A stretch of DNA of 64,000 bases from Okamejei kenojei (GCA_035221665.1 CM069131.1:28458001-28522000); one strand, 5' to 3'. Shown: positions 1 to 12,982, counted from the first letter of the stretch. A program made the numbers and translations. Notes: generated by a model from the letters alone, not told the origin.

Positions 1-629
1 GATGGCAAGTCCCGCGGCCGTTAAAGCCGTGCTGGGCGATGTAATGCACTGGGTCATTTTCAACCCCGCAACTCGGGCGGGAGAAGCTGCCGTTGCGGGA
101 GCTCCGAAAAGTGGTCTCCCACCAGGGACCTGCGAGCTCCCGATGCCACCGTCCACCGGACCTGTGGCTGGAGCCTCCGAGGTCCAGAGTCGGGTCACAG
201 CCGCGCGCCACCACAGCTCTCCACGCTCCGAAGCCGGCCAGCCCCATGATGGTAAGTCCATGGGCTCCGCGACTGAAGCCCCCAGGTCGTTCCGGTTGGA
301 GGCCGCTCCACGGTGCTAGGCCCCAACGACAACTTGGTGAGGTTTGTTACTTAACGGGTACAATCATTATGCAGGATGCCCTTTTTTTCTATTGCTACAG
401 TAAATTACTACTTGGCCATAGGCAATAATCTTCCAATGATTATTTTAATTCATGACTTTCTTCCTTTAATTACTGATATTGCCTACCCACATCAACAATC
501 ATGTGGTTGGACAATCACAGCTGTCCATGCTGTCAGCTGAAAGCTGTCCATGTGCAGAATGACTTAATGGCATTTGGCTGCCAATTTCTGGTAATGTTAA
601 AATGGGTCGTAATTGTTCTTTTATTGCAG

Positions 630-710
630 CGTTCCCACGAGGAGCAGAGAGAACATTTCAGATCCAACCTCCCCTCTTCGGAACAAGTTTGTCTACAAAA
701 TTTCAGATTT
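630..710 (+). CDS. JCHAIN: Immunoglobulin J chain, exon 3 (81 nt, phase 2-2)
   Basis: ttgcAG|...|GTatga boundaries. Translates VPTRSRENISDPTSPLRNKFVYKISD, matching mammalian VPLNNRENISDPTSPLRTRFVYHLSD including the NIS glycosylation sequon. Not in the ORF track in this frame. Exons 1-2 lie upstream of the window. Confidence 0.93.
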
Positions 711-761
711 GTATGATTTATATTTTTATCGCTTTTTTTGCAATATATAATTAGAGCAGGT

Positions 762-884
762 GTTTATGAAAGAACTCCAGATGCTGGAAAAATCGAAGGT
801 AGACAAAAATGCTGGAGAAACTCAGCGGGTGAGGCAGCATCTATGGAAAGAAGGAATAGGCGACGTTTCAGGTCGAGACCCTTC
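762..884 (-). mobile_element. Short Penelope-type terminal-repeat insertion
   Basis: Same family as the termini at 21950-22137 and 63290-63480. Flanked by a 14-bp target duplication taattagagcaggt (748-761) / taattagtgcaggt (885-898). Confidence 0.6.
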
Positions 885-1410
885 TAATTAGTGCAGGTTT
901 CAGAACACAGCCCACACCTGGCATCTGCTATTCAAATTTTAATATGTGGTGTAATTCAGAACAAAAAAAATAAAGAGGGAGAAGATTGGATTTTTTGCCT
1001 TCCATCACAGTGAGTAATGTGGGGAATCCACTGTGGTGGATGTTTATGTTAACTTTTATGTATTTGTGTGTCTCGTTGCTTTTTATTTTCATGTGGCCAT
1101 GTGGTAATTCACATACCACTTTGGTACACGTGACAATAAAAGACCGTTGAAACGTTTGTGCTACAATCAGGCCTCCTTGAGCCATTTCTGAATATTCAGT
1201 AACAACTGAATAACTCAGGCTGAACGGTGGTGTCATTAGTAGAGCTGCTGTCTTCTGCTCCTGTGATCCTAGATCCAGACCTCGGGTGCTGTTTCATGGA
1301 GTTTGTACTATTTCTCTGTGACTATGTGGGATCCTGAGTATTCTGGTTTCCTCCATGTTTATAAATCATGAAGGTTGGCGGGTTACCAGGCCATTCTCTA
1401 TTACCGCTAA

Positions 1411-1797
1411 TGTGTAGACGAGTGGTAGAATCTGAGGAAGCGTTAATAGTGAATGTGGGGAGAATAAAATGAATTACTGTTAAATAATTAGGATTTGTGT
1501 CAAAATGGATGCTTGATGTTTGCTGCTGACCTGGTGAGCCAAAAGACCTACCTCCCTGCTGTTTTTCAATATGACTCCATCATTGTATGAAAGCTTCAGT
1601 TCGACATTTTCGCAAAAAGGAGACCTAACGATATATTCAGAATGCTGTGTTTTGGTTTTTAATATTGCCAGAAGAACCATCTTCTCAGATACGTGAATGG
1701 GTAAAATAGTCAAAACAACTGAAGAAATCAGCAGAAAAATACACAAAATGCAGGAGTAACTCAGTGGGTCAGGCAGCATCTCTGGAGAACATGGATA
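1411..1797 (+). repeat. Left copy of the ~385-bp direct duplication flanking Tc1 #1
   Basis: Aligns end to end with 3401-3782 (roughly 90% identity by eye). Confidence 0.9.
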
Positions 1798-3400
1798 CAG
1801 TGGCTTGCAAAAGTTTTCATACCCCTTGAACTTTTCCACATTTTGTCACGTTACAACCACAAACGTAAACGTATGCGATAGACCAACACAAAGTGGCGCA
1901 TAATTGTGAAGTGGAAGGAAAATGATACATGGTTTACAAATTTTTTTACAAATAAAAAACTGAAAAGTGTGGCGTGCTAAAGTATTCAGCCCCTTTTCTC
2001 TGATACCCCTAAATAAAATCCAGTGCAACCAATTGCCTTCAGAAGTCACCTAATTAGTAAATAGAGTCCACTTGTGTGTAATCTAATCTCAGTATAAATA
2101 CAGCTGTTCTGCGAAGGCCTCAGAGGTTTGTTAGAGAACATTAGTAAACAAACAGCATCATGAAGCCCAAGGAACACACCAGACAGGTCAGGGATAAAGT
2201 TGTGGAGAAGTTTAAAGCAGGGTTAGGTTATAAAAAAATATCCCAAGCTTTGAACATCTCATGGAGCACTGTTCAATCCATCTCTGAAAATGGAAAGAGT
2301 ATGGCACAACTGCAAACCTACCAAGACATGGCCGTCCACCTAAACTGACAGGCCGGGCAAGGAGAGCATTGATCAGAGAAGCAGCCAAGAGGCCCATGGT
2401 AGCTCTGGAGGAGCTGCAGAGATCCACAGCTCAGGTGGGAGAATCTGTCCACAGGACAACTATTAGTCGTGCACTCCACAAATCGGGCCTTTATGGAAGA
2501 GTGGCAAGAAGAAAGCCATTGTTGAAACAAAGCCATAAGAAATCCCGTTTGCAGTTTGCCATGTGGGGGACACAGCAAACATGTGGCGGAAGGTGCTCTG
2601 GTCTGATGAGACCAAAATTGAAGTTTTTGGCCTAAATGCAAAACGCTATGTGTGGCGCAAAAACTAACACTGCACATCACCCTGAACATACCATCCCCAC
2701 TGTGAAACATGGTGGTGGCAGCATCATGCTGTGGGGATGCTTTTCTTCAGCAGGGACAGGGAAGCTGGTCAGAGTTGATGGGGAAGATGGATGGAGCCAA
2801 ATACTGGGCAATCTTGGAAGAAAACCTGTTAGAGTCTGCAAAAGACTTGAGACTGGGGCGGAGGTACACCTTCCAGCAGGACAACGACCCTAAACATACA
2901 GCCAGAGCTACAATGGAATGGTTTAGATCAAAGCATATTCATGTGTTAGAATGGCCCAGTCAAAGTCCAGACCTAAATCCAATTGAGAATCTCTGGCAAG
3001 ACTTGAAAATTGCTGTTCACAGACGCTCTCCATCCAATCTGACTGAGCTTGAGCTATTTTGCAAAGAAGAATGGGCAAAAATTTCAGTCTCTAGATGTGC
3101 AAAGCTGGTAGAGACATACCCCAAAAGACTTGCAGCTGTAATTGCAGCGAAAATGCAATGGTGGTTCTACAAAGTATTGACTCAGGGGGGGCTGAATACT
3201 TTTGCACGCCCCACTTTTCAGCTTTTTTATTTGTAATAAAATTTGGAAACCATGTATCATTTTCCTTCCACTTTACAATTATGCACCACTTTGTGTTGGT
3301 CTATCACATAAAATTCCAATAAAATACATTTACGTTTGTGGTTATAACGTGACAAAATGTGGAAATGTTCAAGGGGTATGAAAACTTTTGCAAGCCACTG
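1798..3400 (+). mobile_element. Tc1-like DNA transposon (IR/DR type, ~200-bp TIRs), frameshifted transposase, in JCHAIN intron 3
   Basis: TA|CAGTGGCTTGCAAAAG ... CTTTTGCAAGCCACTG|TA. Transposase pieces from 2160 to ~3180 carry [20 protein letters not shown] and [11 protein letters not shown] (DD34E) split over several frames. Confidence 0.95.
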
Positions 3401-3782
3401 TATGTAGATGGGTGGTATACTCTGAGGAAGTGTTAATAGTGAATGTGGGGAGATAAAATGAATTAGTGTTAAATTATTAGGATTTGTGTCAAAATGGATG
3501 CTTGATGTTTGCTGCTGACCTGGTGAGCCAAAAGACCTACCTCCCTGATGTTTTTCAATATGACTCCATCATTGTATGAAAGCTTCAGTTCGACATCTTG
3601 GCAAAAAGGAGACCTAAAGGTACATTCAGAATTGCTTTGGTTTTTAATATTGCCAGGGGATCCATCTTCTCAGATAAGTGAATGGGTAAAATAGTCAAAA
3701 CAACTGAGGAAATCATCAGTAAAAGTCACAAAATGCAGGTGTAACTCAGCGGGTCAGGCAGCATCTCTGGAGAACATGGATA
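3401..3782 (+). repeat. Right copy of the ~385-bp direct duplication flanking Tc1 #1
   Basis: Starts at the TA after the right TIR and ends with gagaacatggaTA, the empty version of the left insertion site. Confidence 0.9.
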
Positions 3783-4339
3783 AGTATTGTTTTGGGTCAG
3801 GAGCCTTCTGCAGACCTTCTTGTCCCTACAAGGAAATTAGCAGAATGTTTTCATACCGAGGATGATTAAGATTTGTGATACATCATTATACATAATGTGA
3901 AAGAGCAATTTCCAATAACAATAGGAAACTATATTTAAAGAGGATTCATTTGCAGAATTTAGGAGAAAAAGCTGGAAGTGGAAATGAACTTCACGTTTAT
4001 TTTGAGACACCACAAACATGGCAGTCTGAATGATTTCCAATGTTCCAAAGTTGTGCTCAATGGCATATTGACAATAGTGAAAGGACAACAAAATGTGGTG
4101 ATATGTGGTTTAGATTAAAACCAGAATTTTCCTGACAGTTCATGTTCCCATGGCTCAGATATTACTGATGGAAGCTTGGTGGAAGTTTCCTTTAAATGCA
4201 TAAGTGGATCTTTTATTTATTCGATAAATAATTCCAAGACAATTCTTTGTCATGTTTTCATTCATTTTGCGTTGGTTTGACGTATCGACTTCAGGTTAAA
4301 TGATGGGGAACACCTATATTTACACAGTTAAATCCTTTT

Positions 4340-5400
4340 ATGGCTTTCTTCCAACGTAAGAATGACATGGGATATTGAGATACTGGTAAGGAAAATTGAG
4401 GCATATTTCAGGTCTAGGCATCTGGGATCAAATGAATCTCTTGAGGAGTATATGAGATGTAGGACTATACTGAAGAAGGAAATCAGGATGGCAAGAAGAG
4501 GAACTCCTGAATAGTAAGTTTGTGGATTACATCATTATCGGTGATGTAGTGGATAATGAAGACAGTTATCTAAGATTACAACAGGTGCTGGATGAATTGG
4601 AGGAGCGAGCCAAGGAATTGCAGATGGAATTTAACTTTGACAAGTGCCTAATGCACGTTAAACCTGAGCATGATATACACAGTAAATGGTAGGACCCTGG
4701 AGAGTATTGTAGAATGCAGGGGCTTAGAGTTACAGGGACATAGTTCCCTGAAAGTCACAACACAGATAGAAAGGGGGGTGGGATGAAGAAGGGGTTTGGC
4801 ACACTTCCCTTTATTGGTTAGGGGCTATTCCCATTCACTATGGAAATTTGGGGGGACGTCATGTTACAGCTCTAAAAGTCGTGGTGAGACCACATTGGTG
4901 TTCTATGTGCAGTCCTGCTCGCCAAGCTACAGGAAAGATGTAATTAATCTGATGAGATAGAATAAATGTATGGGGATGTTACAGGGATTGGATGGCTTGA
5001 GTTACAAAGAGAGGCGAAATGGGCTGGGACTTTTACCCCTGGATTGTAGGAGGTAGAGTGGTGACCTTATAGAGGTATATGTGATCAGGAGGAGTGTGAA
5101 GAAAGTGGATGATCACAGCATATTCCCAGAGCAGGGATTCTAAAACTAGAGAGCATAGGTGGGGGGGAGAAGATTTAAAGGGAAGTGAGGGATAATTTTT
5201 CTCCATGACGAGGGTGATGGGCTTAGAGAACTACCAGAATGAGTTGCAGAGGTGGATATAGTTACAATGTTAAAAAAACATTTGGACAGATAAGTGGATA
5301 GAAAAGGTTCAGAGGGGTAGGGGAAACTGGGCTAGCTCAGTTTGACATATTGGTTAGTTGGGCTGAAGGGCATATTTCTGTGCGGCATAGCTCCATGACT
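4340..5400 (+). mobile_element. Old, degenerate CR1-like LINE 3' portion
   Basis: Decayed RT C-terminal motifs (cagatggaatttaa, gtgagaccacattgg, gaccttatagaggtatat) and a CR1 3' UTR (gggctgaagggc...ctgtgc). Boundaries approximate. Confidence 0.6.
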
Positions 5401-5441
5401 GTTAATGAGAAATATATCTTTGATCATATATTTTGTTGCAG

Positions 5442-5538
5442 CTGCAAGAATTGCAACCAAAAGCCAACTTTACCCGCAGAACCCCAATGCAAACCTCCAC
5501 CTCCCCCTACAGACACCTGCTACGGCCGTGACATGTAG
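5442..5538 (+). CDS. JCHAIN: Immunoglobulin J chain, terminal exon 4 (short C-terminus)
   Basis: ttgttgcAG acceptor, phase compatible with exon 3. Gives (F)CKNCNQKPTLPAEPQCKPPPPPTDTCYGRDM*, with the CxxC, C and T-x-T-C-Y pattern of human LCKKC...C...TETCY. Confidence 0.85.
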
Positions 5539-5841
5539 AGAATGCCTATACCGTAAAAACACCAGGGAAACCAAATGGATGATGCGTGGAATCCCAAACG
5601 CCACTGGAATCCACAGCCTACAGCGCCCTCTACTGAAATAACACGATTCAGCCTCCATGTCAGATGTTGTTCAACCACATTGTGTTTTCTTAATGCATTT
5701 TTAGCTTTATATAGTTGCATTTGCTTTTTGTCTTCATTGAACATATAAAATGTTTCATTGCTTCAAAACTTGTTTTGTGCAAATCCCGTTCTTTGATGTA
5801 GCATAATTTCTAATTTGTCATTTTACTTTTTTTGATGACAA

Positions 5842-8800
5842 TAGACAATAGGTGCAGGAGTATGCCATTTGGCCCTTCGAGCCAGCACTGCCATTCAATG
5901 CGATCATGGCTGATCATCCCCAATCAGTACCCAGTTTCTGCCTTCACCCCATATCCCCTGACTCTGCTATTTTTAAGAGCCCTATCTATCTCTCTCTTGA
6001 AAACATCCAGAGAACCTGCCTCCACCGCCCTCTGAGGCAGAGAATTCCACAGACTCACCACTCTCTGTGAGAAAAAGTGTTTCCTCGTCTCCGTTCTAAA
6101 TGGCTTACTCCTTACTCTTAAACTGTGGCCCCTGGTTCTGGACTCCCCCAACGTCGGGAACATGTTTCCTGCCTCTAGTGTGTCCAAGCCATTCACAATC
6201 TTCTATGTTTCAATGAGATCCCCTCTCATCCTTCTAAGCTCCAGAGTGTACAAGCCCAGCTGCTCCATTCTCTCAGCATAAGACAGTCCCGCCATCCCAG
6301 GAATTAACCTTGTAAACCTATGCTGCACTTCCTCAATAGCAAGAATGTCCTTCCTCAAATTAGGGGACCAAAACTACACACAATACTCCAGGTGTGGTCT
6401 GACTAGGGCTCTGTACAACTGCAAAAGGACCTCTTTGCTCCTATATTCGATTCCTCTTGTTATAAAGGCCAATATGCCATTCGCTTTCTTCACTGCCTGC
6501 TGTACCTGCATGCTTACTTTCATAGACTGATGTACAAGGACCCCCAGATCCTGTTGTACTTCCCCTTTTCCCAACTTGACGCCATTTAGATAGTAATCTG
6601 CCTTCCTGTTTTTGCTACCAAAGTGGATAACCTCACATTTATCCGCATTAAACTTCATCTACCATGCATCTGCCCACTCCCCAACCTGTCGAAGTCACCC
6701 TGCATTCTCATAGCATCCTCCTCACAGTTCACACTGCCATCCAGCTTTGTGTCATTTGCAAATTTGCTAATGTTACTTTGAATCCCTTCATCCAAATCAT
6801 TGATGTATATATTGTAAATAGCTGCAGTCCCAGCACCGAGCCTTGCGGTACCCCACTAGTCACTGCCTGTCATTTTAAAAGGGACCCGTTGATCCCTATT
6901 CTTTGTTTCCTGTCTGCCAACCATTACTCTATCCTTGTCAGCACTCTACCCCCAATACCATGTGCCCTAATTTTGCCCACTAATCTCCTACGTGGGACCT
7001 TATCAAATGCTTTCTGAAAGTACAGGTACTTTCCACTGGCTCTCCCTTGTCCATTTTCCTAGTTACATCTTCAAAAAATTCCAGAAGATTAGTCAAGCAT
7101 GATTTCCCCTTCGTAAATGCATGCTGACTCGGACCAATCCTGTTACTGCTATCCAAATGTGCGGCTATCTCATCTTTTATAATTGACTCCAGCATCTTCC
7201 CCACCACCGATGTCAGGCTAACTGGTCTATAATTCCCCGTTTTCTCTCTCCTGCCTTTCTTAAAAAGTGGGATAACATAAGGTACATTGGGATAACATTA
7301 CCCTCCAATCCACAGGAACTGATCCCGAGTCTATAGAACATTGGAAAATTATCACCAATGCATCCACGATTTCTAGATCCACTTCCTTAAGTACCCTGGG
7401 ATGCAGACCATTCGGCCTTGGGGATTTATCAGCCTTCAGTCCCATCAGTCTATCCATTACCATTTCCTGCCTAATGTGAATTTCCTTCAGTTCCTCTGTC
7501 ACCCTAGATACTCTGGCCACTACTATACCAGGAATATTGTTTGTGCCCTCCTTAGTGAAGACAGATCCAAAGTGCCTGTTCAATTCATCTGCTATTTCCT
7601 TGTTCCCCATTCACCTTTTTCGGTCTTCAAGGGTCCAACTTTGGTCTTAACTATTTTTTTCCTCTTCACATACCTAAAGAAGCTTTTGCTGTCCTGCTTT
7701 ATATTCTTGGTTAGCTTACCTTCGTACCTCATCTTTTCTCCCCGTATTGTCTTTTTGGTTATCTTCTGTTGTTCTTTAAACATTACCCAATCCTCTTGCT
7801 TCCCGCTCAACTTTGCTACGTTGTACCTCTTCGCTTTAATTTTTATACTGTCCCTGACGTCCCTTGTCAGCCATGGTCGTCCCTTTCTCCCCTTGGAATT
7901 TTTCTTCCTCCTAGAAATCAATTAATCCTGCACCTTCTGTATTATTCCTAGAAACACCTGCCATTTTTGTTCCACTGTCATCCCTGCTAGGGTATCCTTC
8001 CAATCAACTTTGGCCAGCTCCTCCCTCATGGCCCCATAGTCCCCTTTATTCAACTGCAACACTGACACCTCCGATCTACTCTTCTCCCTCTCCAATTGTA
8101 GATTAAACCTGACCATGTTATGGTCACTGCCTCTTAATGGCTCATTAACCTCGAGGTCCTTTATCAAATCCGGTTCATTACATAACACTAAATCCAGAAT
8201 TGCCCTCTCCCTGGTAGACTCCAATACAAGCTGTTCAAAGAATCCATCACAAAGGCACTCTACAAAGTCCCTTTCTTAGGGGCCAGTAACAACCTGATTT
8301 TCGCAGTCTACCTGCATGTTGAAATCTCCCATAACAACCACAGCATGACTTTTACAACATGCCAATTTTAACTCCCGATTCAACTTGCGCCCTATGTTCA
8401 AGCTACTGTTTGGGGGCCTGTAGATTAGTCCCATTAGGGTATTTTTATCCTTACAGTTCCTTAGTTCTATCCATACTGACTCCACATCTCCTGTTTCAAT
8501 GTCACCCCTTGCAAGGGACTGAATTTAATTCCTCACCAACAGGGCAACCCCATCCCCTCTGCCTTTTCGATAGGAGGTATACCCTTGAATATTCAGTTCC
8601 CACTCTTGCAGCCATGTCTCAGTAATTCCCACAACATCATACTTGCCAGTTTCTGAACCTCAAGCACATCCACTTTATTCATTATACTTCGCGCATTCAT
8701 ATACAGTACTTAGACCTCTGTATTCACTTCCCCCCTCACAATTTGCTCTAACCTTACTCTGTTGTCCATTCTCAAGCTTTCCTTCCCATTCATTCGAGAA

Positions 8801-9013
8801 TCTTTTGTAATTTTTCCTGTAGCCACTTCCCTTTCAACTCCATCTTTATACTCCTAATTTGTCAATCCCTTCCCCCCCCCCCCCCCCCCCCCCCCACTAT
8901 TTAGTTTAAACCCACACGTGTAGCCCTAGCAAACCTCCCTGCCAGAATGTCGGTCCCTCTCCAGTTAAGGTGTAACCCGTCCCTTTTGTACAGGTCACCC
9001 CTACCCCAGAAAA
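5842..9013 (-). mobile_element. 5'-truncated CR1/HER1-like LINE (end of ORF1 esterase + disrupted ORF2 APE-RT)
   Basis: Minus-strand ORF fragments with APE motifs (YRPP, MGDFN, ILDLV, SDHNM) and RT motifs (KSCLTNLLEFFE, LVRPHLEYC). ORF1 C-terminus YKRDGLHLNWRGTDILAGRFA near 8930-8990. 3' tail (CTATTGT)n at ~5840. Candidate 8-bp TSD GATGACAA at 5834-5841 and 9014-9021. Confidence 0.92.
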
Positions 9014-9462
9014 GATGACAAACAAAATGAAGGCCACATGTCAATGCAGCAGACCACCACTCAGTAGGTTTTGTGGAAACGGAAGTTGCAGAAATATCTT
9101 AACATATGGGCCCGAATTCAGCAACAAAGCAAAAACACTCACTATTCCAGGGAATCGTAGGTAAATAGTGCCTTCAAGCGGACAGATAATCATAAGTCAC
9201 AAACAGAATGCAAAAGGTGCAATTTTTTGATGTTCTTCAAACAACATGCAGAGCACAAATGCATCAGAGAAGAGTCAGTGAATTTTATAAATATTTTTAA
9301 AATATTGTTTTCATTATTCCAACGTATTCATACTTTCAAATACTTTGGAATAATCACAATCCACAAATATAAATAAAAGTAATTCTTAATGGGTAAAAGA
9401 TTATTTTAGCAATAGTAAAGATTACTATCCCATTAAAAATGTCATTATAACTTTTGATTATA

Positions 9463-10315
9463 TGATCATGGTTGATCATCCAACTCAGTATCCTGTACCT
9501 GCCTTCTCTTCATACCCCCTGATCCATTTAGCCACTTCCTCTTAAATGTAGCCAATGAACTGGCCTCAACTACCTTCTGTGGCAGAGAATTCCAGAGATT
9601 CACCACTCTCTGTGTGAAAAATGTTTTTCTCATCTCGGTCCTAAAAGATTTCCCCCTTATCCTTAAACTGTGACCCCTTGTTCTGGACTTCCCCAACATC
9701 GGGAACAATCTTCCTGCATCTAGCCTGTCCAACCACTTAAGAATTTTGTATGTTTCTATAAGATCCCCCCTCAATCTTCTAAATTCTAGCGAGTACAAGC
9801 CGAGTCTATCCAGTCTTTCTTCATATGAAAGTCCTGACATCCCAGGAGTCAGTCTGGTGAACCTTCTCTGTACTCCCTCTATGGCAAGAATGTCTTTCCT
9901 CAGATTTGGAGACCAAAACTGTACCCAATACTCCAGGTGTGGTCTCACCAAGATCCTGTACAACTGCAGTAGAACCTCCCTGCTCCTATACTTAAATCCT
10001 TTTGCTATGAATGCTAACATACCATTTGCTTTCTTCACTGCCTGCTGCACCTGCATGCCTACTTTCAATGACTGGTGTACCATGACACCCAGGTCTCGTT
10101 GCATCTCCCCTTTTCCTAATCGGCCACCATTCAGATAATAGTCTACTTTCCTGTTTTTGCCACCAAAGTGGATAACCTCACATTTATCCACATTATACTG
10201 CATCTGCCATGCATTTGCCCACTCACCCAGCCTATCCAAGTCACCTTGCAGCCTCCTAGCATCCTCCTCACAGCTAACACTGCCCCCCAGCTTCGTGTCA
10301 TCCGCAAACCTGGAG
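9463..10315 (-). mobile_element. CR1-like LINE 3' fragment (RT C-terminus, 257-aa open frame)
   Basis: ORF 9466-10239 with WQMQYNVDKC, LVRPHLEY and RTRGHS motifs; FADDTK just upstream. Confidence 0.9.
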
Positions 10316-10589
10316 AAGTTCGGAGATACTCATGGGGTCTGTCTCCCAGGTGCAGGAAAGTTGACATTTTCAATTGAAGTTTTCCTTTTCCCTGGTTCCC
10401 TATGAATTACTTAAAATTTCAAACTAAAAAGCAAAAGTTTAGGAGCTTAACATTTCTGCACTAGTATTGTGTAAGAGTCAAAGATAATGTTCACCTAACC
10501 AAGCAGGAAAAACTATTCCAATTCCTGATTTGTGTGTGTTTTAGATATGAATATTTTTAGTTTAGTTTAGAGATAAAACATGCAAACAG

Positions 10590-11035
10590 ACCCGATTATC
10601 AAGTTTGCTGATCACACTAAAATAGGTGGAACAATAGACAGTGAAGTGGTTATTAAGAATCACAGCAGGATCTTGATCAGCTGGGCAAGTGGGCCAAGGA
10701 ATGGCTAATGGAGTTTAATTCAGATAAATGTGCAGTGTTGGATTGAGAAATGGAACCAGGCCAGGACCTTCACAACGAGCGGTGGTGCTCTGGGGAGTGT
10801 TATAGAGCAGAGGAATCTAGGAGCACAAGAACATAGTTCATTGAAAACGACTTTACAGGTAGATGGTGAAGAAAGCTATTGGCAGATGGCCTTTATAAGG
10901 GGAAGAACTTAAATGGCATTGATGTGCAGAGACCTTGGATCCAAGTTTATAGCTCACTAAAAGTGGAAGCACAAGTAGATAGGATGGTAAGGCATATGGT
11001 ATGCTTGCCTTCATTGCTAGGGGAGTTAGATCCAT
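10590..11035 (+). mobile_element. Degenerate CR1-like RT fragments
   Basis: aagtttgctgat..actaaaataggtgg (KFAD.TKIGG) followed by decayed CR1 motifs. Confidence 0.6.
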
Positions 11036-12275
11036 GAAAGGAAAAGGCAACCAATCCATATTTTTCACAGATTTATTTGAGAAACTATATATTACACGTG
11101 AAAAGCAATTGGCAGACATTTATTGTTTTAAAGCAATAGTTTGACTCAGCTATGTAAACATTATAATGATAACATGTAATAGCTAAGGGATTAAGTGCCC
11201 ATATTACATTTTAATCCCTTGCATGTATTAATTAAAACAATGCAGTAGCGCATAAACTATTAAATAAAGCTTAGAAATGTTCCCAGAAACAACTAATTCC
11301 AAAAGGGTTCCTTATATATTGCCAATTATGAAGATCGACATCACTATTAATGATTTTACATATACTGAATAACCATCCAACCACCCAGCGATCTTCATAC
11401 TAACCCAATAGAAATATTATCCGGTGGTCTTCCAGATGCAAACAAATACAACAGAAATCATTCCTTAGAATGCCAACAATAACAAAATTTAAAACACGAG
11501 TTGGTCCATTGCTCAGACAGAAAAACGTTTTCGGACTGAATATTTATTAATCTCTGTAATTTGATAAGTGCAATGAAATCCCCATTTTCTCAGGGATAGT
11601 GCAATGACAAACTTCCTTAATTATCTATTTATTGAATTTGGTCACTGATGGCAATGCCAGAATTGGATCCTAATCCTATTTTCTCTTGTACTAAGTTGAT
11701 TTGCATGGCCATTGCTCGGACAGATAAGAGTTACTGCCTGCATAAAGTCACTTCTCTGTAGGCCAGACCAGAGAAGGATGGTCAATTTCCTTCCAGAAAA
11801 GGATATTAATAATCCAGATAGATTTTAATACCTCTTTAGGCATATTTTTATTCAAGATTTGTTTTTACTTTAAGTGTTCAAATTTATATTGGGACTTGAA
11901 TTCATGGCTCTGGATTACAGATCTTATAACATGAAATAGTTCCCCAGCTCAAATTGGATCTTAGTTACCCGATGCCATCCAAAGCAAGTTTACAGTTATC
12001 CATTCCATTTCACAGAAATACTATTACAACAAATAAAACTGCTTTAATTATTTACTGTGTTAATTATTGGATTTGGTAGTAAACTTATTTACAATATTCA
12101 AACTGCAAAATTCCAATAAGGCATTATTAGGAACTCATTTAAGATTAGATAAATCTTAACATGTTTTGCAAGCTATAATTCATTAAAGCATTTGCATTGC
12201 AATTGTACTTTGATAAGCAATTAACAGGTTAAAACTTCAATACTGACTATGGAATTCATTATTTCAAAAGGAGCA

Positions 12276-12338
12276 TTAATTATCTTCACTGCCGCACAAG
12301 CTTAGAAGGGCATTTCTGTAATCACCTGACGTGTCACT
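12276..12338 (-). CDS. ANXA5: Annexin A5, last coding exon
   Basis: ttgcAG| SDTSGDYRNALLSLCGSEDN* (human GDTSGDYKKALLLLCGEDD). Confidence 0.93.
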   Translation of the reverse strand, partial: SDTSGDYRNALLSLCGSEDN

Positions 12339-12519
12339 CTGCAAAAGAAAAGGAATTTGTTAATGGTTGTTCGTGAAAATTGAGCTTGGGGTTTCAGAAA
12401 CCATTTCAACCAATCCAGGTTGAGAATAAATTCTTGTGTGGCAACATCAACAGCAGCTTGTTTTAGATGCAGCTACAGTATACATAGCTGCATATCACCT
12501 TACAATATAGAGAACAGAG

Positions 12520-12982
12520 AGCGGCACAGTCGCGATGGTCAAGTTGCTGCCTTACAGCACCAGAGACTCGGGTTCAATCCTGCCTACAGGTGCTGTCTAC
12601 ATGGTGTTTGTATGTTTAGATACAGCGCAGAAACGGGCTCTTCGGCCCACCGGGACCACGCCAACCAGCGATCCCTGCACATTAACATTATCCTACACCC
12701 ACTAGGGACAATTTTTATATTTACCAAGACAATTAACTTACATGCCTGCACGCCTTTGAAGTGCTCTACCCCTGTAACCACGTGGTTTTCCTCCGTGTGC
12801 TCTGCTTTCCACCCACACTCCAAAAATATACAGGTTTGTAGGTTAATTTGGCTTCAGTAAAAATCGTCCCTCGTGTGTGTAGGATAGCGCTCGTTAACGG
12901 GGATCACTGGTCGGCACAGACTCGGTGGGTCGGAGGGCCTGTTTCCACGTTGTATCTCTAAGCCAAAAAACTAAGCTAAACC
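12520..12982 (+). mobile_element. HE1-like tRNA-derived SINE with a nested inverted HE1-like fragment (~12615-12762)
   Basis: tRNA-like head with B box GGTTCAATCC, V-SINE-like core, LINE-type tail gggcctgtttccacgttgtatctcta. The internal segment is the reverse complement of the same tail. Confidence 0.75.

Noticed and set aside
1-335. GC-rich ORFs at the window start
   Set aside because: No recognisable protein. The region should be JCHAIN intron 2 and looks like part of an unclassified repeat.
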